Source of the DNA: Anolis carolinensis
Taxonomy: Eukaryota
Length of the DNA: 64,000 nucleotides
NCBI RefSeq assembly: GCF_035594765.1
Contig: NC_085846.1
Location: 14,929,190 to 14,993,189 of the forward strand
Reading direction: 5' to 3'
The notes beneath the pieces were generated by a model. The model did not search any database. It was not told where the DNA came from and was given only the letters and a program-made list of their open reading frames with translations. The translations under genes and the position numbers were made by a program. Position 1 is the stretch's first letter; the number at the start of each line of letters is the position of its first letter. This document shows positions 53,964-64,000 of this stretch, piece by piece.

Positions 53964-55258
53964 CATTCAAACTATGACTTATTCTTTATGCAAGGAAGTA
54001 GTGGGTGAACTATGGCCCTGTAAAAGTTTTTGGATGGCAGTTTCCATCATTTGTGACTGCTCATCATGCTAATTGTAGCTGATGGGAGCTGCACTAAGCA
54101 GAAACATCTGGAAGACTGCAGGATCCCTAATTGTGTCCTAAATTTGTTCCATTTCAGAGTTCTAACAGGCATGGGTGGATAGTGATATTTGTTGTAAATA
54201 AACAATAGGGAATTAGAACCTTCTTGCAGAACTATTGCAAATCTTATGAAGATTCTGATCTAGTGTGTGCTCCCCAACCTTTCCCAGCATTTAAAGAATC
54301 TGCAATCCTCTCAGGACCAGGTTCTTGCATCCTGTTAGACTCCGTAGTATATCTACCAAGGTTGCAAGGAGCTGATCACAATCAAATCCACTAACTTTTT
54401 TTGGTAACTAAGTGGGCAACTCTATGCCTTCAAGGCGGAAAAGGCATCTGAACAGCAACAGAAGGCGATTAATAGGATTCCAGATGTTTTCTCTGAAATG
54501 AATGCATCCATTACAAGGAAATCATTTCCTCAACACTCACAACAGGATACCTGTAACTGAGGGAAATGAGACACCACCAGTTACTGTATGTATTATAAGG
54601 AGTGTACACAGTTCAGACCAGAATTATACAGTTCTCACACAGGTGCCTGTGAATTGGCTAGTGGCAATGACAATGTCAGTGATGAGGTGCCATTATCCTT
54701 CTAGTGGTGACCAAAGAGCTCTGAAGAAAATCCATAGGCCCCAAGACACATTTACAAAGCAGCAGTTAAATATTTTTAAAAGGAAATGCTAGAATTATGT
54801 AGGTTTCTACAATTCCTTCACTCTCATCAAATAAATGGTTAGCATGCTCCAGTGCTGAAAATCCATATGTAAAGCTCTTTTTAAATACTCTCCTGCATTA
54901 GCTATTAACACCAGGCTTATTAACATACCAAATAAATCCTTTGTGCATTGGAAAGTGGGGGGAACAAGCATACAAAAATATGGATGTTGTGCCCTCTAGA
55001 GGCTGGATTCCTAAAGGCAACCATTTTCTGCAGCATCACATCCAAGTTTGAATGAATCAGAACAGCCTACCCAGCACATCCCCAAAGTGATCTTGTTTTG
55101 GAAGGGCTTGTCTAGACTAAGCCAACTAAGTGCAAAGCCGACTGACCCCTGCAAGGCTGGAACTAACTATTTTCACAACCTTCAGGAACCTTACAATAGT
55201 GAAACAAAACCTGGGTTCCTTGAGTGCCTCTGTTCCTTCCTTCCTACGTCTGCCAGAG

Positions 55259-55272
55259 TCAACAGGAAGTAG
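55259..55272 (-). CDS. Unnamed LOTUS-domain gene, terminal coding exon
   Basis: Strong acceptor ttccttcctcttttacag| then (G)CT ACT TCC TGT TGA. The seven exons total 834 nt = 277 aa + stop. Confidence 0.6.
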
Positions 55273-55392
55273 CTGTAAAAGAGGAAGGAATATAATAGAG
55301 ATGTTTAGATCACAAGGTAGGATGCCTAGCTAGATGAGATCATGGATCAATCTCGAGAGGCAAGACAGACAAAATGGGAAAGCCACACTCAC

Positions 55393-55623
55393 CTGGGTCC
55401 CACTGCACAAGCCACCGAGAAGTTCCCTTACTCGAGAGCTTAGTCCTGATCCAAGGCATGGCCTGTAAGAACCTGAGGCTGTCTCTGTAGCCATATTCCA
55501 TGCTGATCTTGCACAGCTTGACCTCATGCTCCTTCCACAGCATCATCTCCAGTTTTTCCAAGCGCAAACCCAAAGGAAACAGAACCAAAATACTTCTTAA
55601 GAGAGAAATCACATCCAAATCAC
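55393..55623 (-). CDS. Unnamed gene, coding exon 6 encoding a LOTUS/OST-HTH-like domain
   Basis: Consensus sites tttattgctttccag| and CAG|gtgagt; 231 nt, phase 1-1. DLDVISLLRSILVLFPLGLRLEKLEMMLWKEHEVKLCKISMEYGYRDSLRFLQAMPWIRTK matches the LOTUS pattern LRS-L..G-L...LE..GY/F...(F)L..MP. Confidence 0.75.
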
Positions 55624-56152
55624 CTGGAAAGCAATAAAGGGTGATCAGAAACAAAGAAAAGGTTGATTGGAAATGACCTGGCTAATCCTTATTCTGTGTT
55701 CATGCCAAACATCATAGTTAAATTTTCAACTACTCAGTTGCACTTGTTTCCCACCCTTCCTTTACTGAGCTCTAAGTGTCATAAATGGATCTCCTCCTCT
55801 TACTTACTTTATTTTCAAAACCTCCCTTTAGGATGTGAGGCTGAAAGAGAGAGAATTGAGGCTGGTCCAAGGTCAACCAGTGAGACTCATGGTTCAGCAC
55901 AGCCAACAAGCACTGAAGCCCACAGCTTCCTACAATAAAGGTTCCCCACCCATTTTCACATAAACTAGGATCCCCCAGCAAAGAAAAGTACAACATACTG
56001 CATCTCAGCCTTTTCATGATCTCAGTAACCAAATCCAAACTATTTCCCAAAAAGTATATAATGAGTACAGCTTAGTGCCTAAGATCCCTTTGGGTCCATA
56101 TTTAGAGGGAAGTAGGATAAATACAACAGACAGACAGACAGATCCTTCCTAC

Positions 56153-56293
56153 GTTTATCAACTGAAGAAGATTTCTTTGGCCACTCATACAATGGATCCA
56201 GCTCATCGGAAGTAAAGTCATCAGGATTATAAGAAGCCTTGCATTGTCTCTGGCCAGCTTTCTTCTTGCACAGGATTGTGGACTGGGACTGGG
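56153..56293 (-). CDS. Unnamed LOTUS-domain gene, coding exon 5
   Basis: Acceptor gttgattctttag|, donor C|gtagga; 141 nt, phase 1-1 (QSQSTILCKKKAGQRQCKASYNPDDFTSDELDPLYEWPKKSSSVDK). Confidence 0.65.
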
Positions 56294-56613
56294 CTAAAGA
56301 ATCAACAGCGATGAAAATCAGCAAATGAGACCACATGTTTTATAAAGAAACTCGCCCTGCTGTTGGTTAAAGCAACCCAGAAAAGAATGATCAATTATAT
56401 CTCTGAAAATGCTCTAAATTATTGTAATATCCTCCACTCCCCAAAACAAGCAGACGGTATTCATTTGTTCTACATTATGCCTTGGAGAGGTACTTTTCAG
56501 ACTAGAACCCAAAGAATCCCACACCCAGTTTAGCCCATTACTGTGCTAATTGAGAAGTTCTGAGAACAGGTCTAGAACTTATCTTACCCAGTTCTTGTCT
56601 AAATTGACCTCAC

Positions 56614-56692
56614 CATGCTGAGTACTTTCAAACAGATAGCTTCTAGTACTACCAGTACTGTGCAGGTATTCAGTACAACAGCTCACTGTTCC
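56614..56692 (-). CDS. Unnamed LOTUS-domain gene, coding exon 4
   Basis: Acceptor tttttttatctgcaaaag|GGA, donor G|gtgagg; 79 nt, phase 0-1 (GTVSCCTEYLHSTGSTRSYLFESTQH). An alternative phase-1 acceptor exists at 56724. Confidence 0.5.
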
Positions 56693-56954
56693 CTTTTGCA
56701 GATAAAAAAAGTGCCTGGAGGAATCTGGAGAAACTACAACTACAAAAACAGCCATAAGAGGCAAAACAGACACATTTTCCTCATCCTGGCGTTAAATCTG
56801 CATGAAAGGATTTTTCCCCTTCTCAGAGCTATGCATAGATGAAACAAAGTGTCTCTCAAAGTCGCCCTTATCTTACCCACAGACTTAAGATCATCAAGAA
56901 TTTCCACCAGCACCATAAAAGTACCTCAAAGTGACTACCAGAGAGGTTTATTAC

Positions 56955-57019
56955 CTTCAACTGTTCTGAACCCTTGATATCATATTGCCTTCTCTTAGTC
57001 CTTCTACACTGAACTAGTT
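56955..57019 (-). CDS. Unnamed LOTUS-domain gene, coding exon 3
   Basis: Strong acceptor ttctttgcctcttttgtccag|, donor AAG|gtaata; 65 nt, phase 1-0. Only one frame is open (LVQCRRTKRRQYDIKGSEQLK). Confidence 0.55.
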
Positions 57020-59028
57020 CTGGACAAAAGAGGCAAAGAACACATTATAAAATAATATGTTCTAAACATTAGGAAGATTCAAATAGCAGGAAAAATATTC
57101 CAGCTAAACATTAGGAAGAACTTCCTAATGGTAAGAGCTGTCCAGCAATGGAATATATTGTCTCAGAGTGTGGTGAAGTCTCCTTCTCTGGAGCTTTTGA
57201 AGCAGAGGCTGGATGGCCATCAGTCAGATGCTCTTATTGTATTTTCCTACATGGCAGGAAGTTGAACTGCATGGCCCTTGATGTATTTTCCAACTCAATG
57301 CGATTGCCTCTATAAAATTCATCCCTAGAGAGTTCTACCTTGGAATGCTGCATAGCAATAACACATCACCCCGCTAACAGTGTAAAGTAGGGATGAACAA
57401 GGTATGGCCTGCAAGTGGTATACAATCAAGGCCATTCTTGTGACTCCACCCCCAACTCCTTGGTGTTTAAAAAAAATCTCCCTAATGTTCCCAATTGAGC
57501 TTTAAGAGAATGAGGGCACTTTTCCACAGTTTTAGCTCCCATTTAGGTTGAGAAAAAGGTATTTTTTATAAACATGGACTCCCACTCACTTTCTTGTCTG
57601 ATAAAAATGTCCACCCTAGGCTTAATTTTGGTGCAGGGGGAGACTGTAAACATGGCCAAAATAATCCCATGTTCCCTAGAGGGCATTTGGATGATGCAGC
57701 CCTCCAGGATCCTCAAGGTGGGGCAATGTAACCATCTAGCCTTCCACCGTTGCCCAGCCTTGTTGTAAAGCCAAACAAATGCACAACGTCCCATTTTACT
57801 CCTTTCACCAAATGTATGTACTCTAGCAATATATTGGATAACAAGTTGAACACTAACTGCTTGTGACACCTCAGAATGGTGGAGGTCCATTAAAAGCTTG
57901 ACAGATCAGTGCCTTGGCCTTTAAGCAATCTAAATAACTATCATCCAAATCAAGCAGCAAAAACTCATACAGGGATAGGCACTAAATGGATTTAGAACAA
58001 AAGCCAATGCTGCCATTATGTCCCATGCTTGACCAGGCACTGAAACCCGGCAAATTGATTCAGCTCCCACTGGGTTCTGCAACTTGCTTTTGGTGACCCT
58101 GGCTGGCTTAAATCATAAAATTGTGGCCACAGATTAACACTGTCACACTCTCAGACCCCCTCCATTAATCTGCCAACAAAAAGGTTTAACAGTAAGAAAA
58201 AATTATGACCCCAGCTGCACTTCTAGACATGTAATGTAATTTCTAAAAACTAGTAATTGAAAGATAGGATAATGATCCACATAAGACTAATGTTTGGTGT
58301 GATAAATTTCCCAACTCGAAACTATGGGGTGCTGAAATTAAAAAGACAAAGTTCTCTGTCTCCTGGCAGCTGTGTAAACCACCTAGAAGACAATTTTAAA
58401 AACCAAACCAAGCACTGCCCATAACTTGAAAAAAGGACTGAAGAGTGAGTCTCAGGCCACTTCCCTCTGGGAGACAATCAAAAACCCATAAAAGATCCTT
58501 TTGGACCCATTTTGGACCACTCAAACATATTGTTAAAGTACTTTCTTTAATTCACAAAATTAAAATAATCAACAGGACAGAATACTTTTAGAAAATGGTA
58601 ATAATTCTTCTAGAAATATGTCAAAAGACCTTGTTTATTACACGAGGCATGCAATTTGCAATTACAGCATGTCCACAGTGTCTTTGCCTTTGATTTGTGT
58701 GACTTTGCTCTCTTCCATTCTTTAACAAACGACAAATAATATGTTAATGACCTCCTTTTGTAAAAGAAATGCTCCCCACCCAGAGAGGAGAAAGGCTACA
58801 GTACAGAATAATCTTGTCTCATAATCATATATAATAATCAATAAATACAATTTTATTTATATCCACCCTATCTCCCCGAGGTATTATTCATATATAGGAA
58901 TATTGTACTGTTGATAAACTCTAGCTTTCTGCAGCAGGAAAAACCAACATAGTAAAAGGTTATGCCCCGAAGTGTACATTGACCCCACCGAAGTGAACCT
59001 TAAAATAGATAACGCAGATAAAACTCAC

Positions 59029-59166
59029 TCAAAGATGGAACAAACTGTGGAGATGGATCTTCCTGAGGTCTTAGCTTTAAGGTTTCTGTCTCTGGTTGTA
59101 TCCGTTCTGTTTCCAGCAAATGATGAGCTGACTCCTCGGCAGAAGTCACCGACACAACCAAACGAG
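59029..59166 (-). CDS. Unnamed LOTUS-domain gene, coding exon 2
   Basis: Acceptor gattgtttacag|, donor A|gtgagt; 138 nt, phase 1-1, open frame RLVVSVTSAEESAHHLLETERIQPETETLKLRPQEDPSPQFVPSL. Confidence 0.65.
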
Positions 59167-59470
59167 CTGTAAACAATCAAACCATGTTTGAATAACTTAA
59201 CTCCTTCTTCCTCTGGAGCTCAAGAGTAGCCCAGACACACCAAAATCAAAAATTGTGTACAAATTGTGTGGTTCCGTCCTGCTCAGTTGAAGGTAATACT
59301 GAGGAGAAAGGACACACAGCTGAGCACCTTAAAGCTCTCTTTTCCCCATTCTTCCTTCCCAACTCTCTTTTTAGATGACACTGCCAAGAAATGCTCTGCC
59401 GGCCTGTTTATGTTGGATAAGTGAGACTCGGCTATATATGTATATATAGGTGTGTGTGTGTGTGCGTATA

Positions 59471-60430
59471 CAGTAGAGTCGCTTATCCAAACTTCACTTA
59501 TCCAACGTTCTGTATTATCCAACGCAGTTTGCCTTTTAGTAGTCAATGCATTCAATACTTTGCAATGTTTTGGTGCTAAATTCGTAAATACAGTAATTAC
59601 TACATAATGTTCCAGTGAGGGAGACGTGGGTTTAAAAAAGAATTTTCAAAGATACTTGTAATGACTATAAGTCCCATATGTTTTGATTGACCTAAGTTGC
59701 AAAAGGCCTATGTTTGAGGAAGGCCTGCACTTGAGAGAAAATGCTGATGTTTGGGAAAAGAGTTGTCCCAGAGAAAAGAAGTTACTTTCAAATAATAACA
59801 ATACATCAAGTCAGAACCGGTTCCCATACGATTTTGAGCATATACTTGCAACAAGTCAGGGTCAATAACATGAAAACACCATTGTCTAAAGAATTACATG
59901 TTGTTACAGCATAGAAAACCAATGGGATTGCATGATGGTTAAGATGCTTGTGACGTAGACAACATTAGACAAATGGGGTAAATGATCTTTGTAAGCCAAT
60001 AAGGATATGCTTGCTAATTCCTGTGGAGGTGATAAAACCCTCGCAACCATTTTGGAAATTCGGACAAATCCTTTGATTGCATGTATGCATGTATTTGTCA
60101 CATTGCTATGGCCACGCAATAAATAGTTCTTTTGCAGTTTGAAGATCCAACTTTTGTGGTGTTTTTCCTCGCCCTCTTCACAGAAAAGGGGCCTCCTGCT
60201 TTTGACTTTGGATTAAGAGGAGTATTTTTACATCTTTTACATCCTTGCCCCTTCACCAGCATATTGAACTGCTTTTTCTGTCGATTTGTTGTAAAACTTG
60301 ATGTTTAGGTGCTTAATTTGTAAAATCATGATGTAATTTGACATTTAATAGGTTTTTCCTTAATTCCTCCTTATTATCCAACATTTTTGCTTATCCAGCC
60401 CGTTTATGTTGGATAAGCGAGACTCTACTG
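59471..60430. mobile_element. Tc1/mariner-type MITE interrupted by a solo LTR
   Basis: TIR CAGTAGAGTC..CTTATCCAA with TA TSD; the body resumes after 60259. Confidence 0.8.
59616..60255 (+). mobile_element. Solo LTR (640 bp)
   Basis: TG...CA ends (TGAGGG / CCCCTTCA), 4-bp TSD CCAG (59612-59615, 60256-60259), internal CCAAT and AATAAA (60118-60123). Confidence 0.75.
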
Positions 60431-60549
60431 TATATGTACATATGTGTGTGTGTATAAATATATATGGTATGTATATGTTATATATGCACACATACACACA
60501 AAACCTCAACAGCAACCTGTTTCCCCATGGTTAGAAAAGGAGCACCTAC

Positions 60550-60715
60550 TCCTGTTTGGCGATGGATATTCTTCCCACTCCTTGGAGGAAAATGGTGAAT
60601 CGCTCCGTAGTCTCTTGTAAAGATGTAGGCCTTCGTCCGAGGATGGTGCTGGGCTTTTCTGAGGAAGCCCTTCTTGACTGGAAACCACAACAACTTCCAG
60701 GGGTTGGTTCTGCAT
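60550..60715 (-). CDS. Unnamed LOTUS-domain gene, coding exon 1 (start)
   Basis: Acceptor ttctgttttccatag at 60747, 31-nt UTR with in-frame TAG, then GCCATGC. MQNQPLEVVVV...EEYPSPNR; donor A|gtaggt, phase 1. Confidence 0.6.
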
Positions 60716-61022
60716 GGCGATCTTTAACTTGGGCCTCTAGTCTCCACTATGGAAAACAGAAGTACTTTTAGCAGGCCGGCCTACACAACTGAGGGAAAAA
60801 GACCTCCCAGAGTCTCCTCTGACTTATGTGAGGCCTACACTTTGTTCCAAACAAAGACAAGACATTCATTTCAAGCTGGAGGCCTCACCAAAAAAGCTTA
60901 AGAAAGCTGTGAAGACTACTTCAATCTCCACCAAAGAAAGGTGAGTAAATAAAATAGGCGGAGCCTGTGAAAAGGGCCTTCTCTTTTGGACTTTCCCCAA
61001 TGTCAATAATAATAATAATGTA

Positions 61023-61652
61023 CAGTAGAGTCTCACTTATCCAAGCCTCTGGATAATCCAAGCCATTTTTGTCGTCAATGTTTTCAATATATCGTGATAT
61101 TTTGGTGCTAAATTTGTAAATACAGTAGAGTCTCACTTATCCAACTTAAACGGGCCGGCAGAATGTTGGATAAGCAAGTATGTTGGATATTAAGGAGGGA
61201 TTAAGGAAAAGCCTATTAAACAAGTTAGATTATGATTTTACAAATTAAGCACCAACACATCATGTTATACAACAAATTTGACAGAAAAAGTAGTTCAATA
61301 AGCATTAATGCTATGTAGTAATTACTGTATTTACAAATTTAGCACCAAAATATCACGATGTATTGAAAACATTGACTAGAAAAATGTGTTGGATAATCCA
61401 GAATGTTGGATGAGTGAATGTTGGGTAAGTGAGACTCTACTGTACAGTAATTACAACATAACATTACTGCGTATTGAACTACTTTTTCTGTCAAATATGT
61501 TGTATAACATGATGTTTTGGTGCTTAATTTGTAAAATCATAACTTAATTTGATGTTTAATAGGCTTTTCCTTAATCCCTCCTTATTATCCAAGACATTCG
61601 CTTATCCAAGCTTCTGCCGGCCCATTTAGCTTGGATAAGTGAGACTCTACTG
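61023..61652. mobile_element. Tc1/mariner-type MITE with an inverted copy of the same family nested inside (61123-61442)
   Basis: Both copies have CAGTAGAGTCTCACTTA TIRs and TA TSDs. Removing the inner copy plus one TA restores 308 bp, equal to the 16968-17275 copy. Confidence 0.9.
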
Positions 61653-62934
61653 TATTTGTTATGTTGCTCACAGCTCAAGGCAGGGTATGACACAATAAGA
61701 CCCTAATATAAAGCAGCATAGGTTAATTATTATGGCAGAAAAAAAGACATTTCAGCTGATGGTGCCGTTTATCCCACATCTGAATCTCATTTCCTCATAT
61801 TATAGCAAGAATTGTAAGGGCGTCACTTAGGAGGCTTACAAAAAAAACACAACAAAAAAACGAAGGGTAGCCATCCATGTTGCACAGAAAGAAAATGCTG
61901 ATCGTTCATATTTGATTGAATACGTCTCGTATGAAAATTGAAAAAGCACGAAAATGTGGCCAAAGCTTTACAACTTCAATGAGGCTCAGTCTAGCAGACA
62001 GTCTGATTTATTTAAATTTTTATTTTTCCGTTTCAGCTGGAACCTCACATCTTCTGACTATATATCCTCCAGCTGTTCCAATTTGGTGGGGGAAATTCCC
62101 AATTAATCCTCTGCTGTCCCTCTTTGTCAGCTGCTTTTAAAATGTTCCAGTTTCTCTCTCCTCCCCCTTTGCCTACAACGTACTCCAATTGCTGGAAATA
62201 GTTTTCAGAAGGGAGAGGAGAGGGAGCATTTCACATTTGCTAGACTCAGGCAAAAGCAAACTCATGCAACCTTTCTTTGTTTGCGTGGTTTCCCAAACAT
62301 TTGGGAAGCTGCAATTTGTTCTGTTCAGTCAGGACAGCGGGATTAGAATTTAGACACCAAGGTTGTGGATATGATGCTTGACTTTAAAGCAGGCTTGAGC
62401 AAACTTCGGCCCTCCGGGTGTTTTGGACTTCAACTCCCACAATTCCTAACAGCCTGTCGGCTGTTAGGAATTGTGGAAGTTGAAGTCCAAAACATCCGGA
62501 GGGCCAAAGTTTGCCCATGCCTGTTTTAAAATGTCCATTAACCTTTCCCCAACTCAGAGCCACAAGCACTGTTGGGTTGCAATTCCCATTATCCCCAGTT
62601 CACAGGGCAGAATAATCAAATGTGATGGGAGTTGTTGCTCAATAATATCTGGGAATCAAAATTTGGTAAAACCTAAAGGGCACCGACCACTATATAAAGA
62701 AAAAATAGAGTTGGTCCTCTGTATCCACAGATTCTTCATCCATAGATTCAACAGCCCTTTGAAGGCAACTATAAGGCTGATGTGGCCCTCTATGAAAATG
62801 AGTTTGGCACCCTGTTTAAGAAGAATGAACTGGCAAAAAACATTTCTGAGTATTCCTTGCCTTAAAAAACTCTGAAATCCATGGGATCAGCATATAATGT
62901 GAAGGCAAGGACTCACACAGAAGTCTTCCTATCT

Positions 62935-63410
62935 TTCAGGGAAGATGTTGACAAGCTGGAATGTGTCCAGAGGAGGGCAACTAAAATGATCAAGGGTCTG
63001 GAGAATAAGCCCTATGAGGAGCGGTTTAAAGAGCTGGCCATGTTTAGCCTGCAAAGGAAAAGGCTGAGTGGAGACATGATGAGTGCCATGTATAAAGATG
63101 TAAGGGGAAGTCATAGAGAGGAGGGAGCAAGCTTGTTTTTGGCTGCCCTGGAGACTAGGATGCAGAACAATGGCTTCAAACTACAGGAAAGGAGATTCCA
63201 CTTGAACATTAGGAAGAATTTCCTAACAGTGAGAGCTGTTCAGCAGGGGAACTCTCTGCTCCAGAGTATGGTGGAGGCTCCTTCTTTGGAGGCTTTTAAA
63301 CAGAGGCTGGATGGCCATCTGTTAGGGCTGCTTTGAATGCGATTTTCCTGCTTCTTGGCAGGTTGGACTGGATGGCCCATGAGGTCTCTTCCAATTCTAT
63401 GATTCTATTC
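62935..63410 (+). mobile_element. CR1 LINE 3-prime fragment
   Basis: FREDVDKLECVQRRATKMIKGLE...LEAFKQRLDGHL, then ttccaattctatgattct tail. Confidence 0.9.
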
Positions 63411-64000
63411 AATTCAAGACTAAGGTAGAAATGATGATTTTAATCTCACAATTTCCCCTTTCTATCTCATGAATGGGCGATTGGCAATGAATATCAGGTG
63501 CTGTAGATTGTATTTCAGAGGCAAAACCACCTCTCGAGTATTCCTTGCCTAAGAAAACCTGTGAAATTCATGAGGCTGCTATAGGTCAGCAGGTGATTTA
63601 AGGACACACATATACACCAGTCCTTTTGCATTTCAATTCAAGGCAGAGGCAGAGATACCGTAACTTCAATTTCAACTTTCTCTGCTCTCTATCTTTTACA
63701 ACCCTTTTAGACAATTATTATCATATTTGTTTATACCCCACTTTTTCTGTCCACAAGGAGACTCAAAGTGGCTAAGGAAATGAATATGGTTATGTAAAAA
63801 AAAACCACATTTTGGTAGGTTTAACAAAAGGTATTGCTCTCATACAAATTTTTGAATATTATTTGAAACTGGAGAAACAAGAAACTGCCGAATTTTCTAC
63901 ATTTTAAAAAACATGAGATTGACTATTATATGTCACTTTGTCCTAGACATCGCCTGACAGCTACATACACCAAAACTAGCTTACTCCCACTCTCCATCAT

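Noticed and set aside
59241-59298. Extra minus-strand exon with a strong acceptor (cctttctcctcag) in the LOTUS gene
   Set aside because: 58 nt, open only in phase 0. Entered in phase 1 from exon 1 it hits a stop, so it was left out of the model. It could be a poison or alternative exon.

Overview
Eukaryotic genomic DNA from a squamate reptile, most likely an Anolis-type lizard. This is inferred from the repeat content: Sauria SINEs, Vingi, RTE-BovB, CR1, L2, Penelope, Helitron and hAT/Tc1/Harbinger MITEs. Three protein-coding genes can be supported. (1) FAM83E on +, with 5 coding exons (26645-27103, 30509-30676, 31743-31870, 45963-46566, 51643-51882; 532 aa). (2) A SPACA4/Bouncer-type Ly6/uPAR GPI-anchored gamete-recognition gene (36344-36718, single coding exon), nested in FAM83E intron 3 on the SAME strand as the host. 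(3) A gene I do not recognise, on - and convergent with FAM83E. I reconstructed it by hand as 7 phase-consistent coding exons (60715->55259, 277 aa): a long low-complexity N-terminus and a single C-terminal LOTUS/OST-HTH-like domain, making it a candidate novel germ-granule protein. The two convergent genes appear to share a back-to-back poly(A) signal pair at about 53930-53963. The rest is intergenic or intronic DNA rich in nested transposons. All family assignments come from pattern recognition; no database searches were run.
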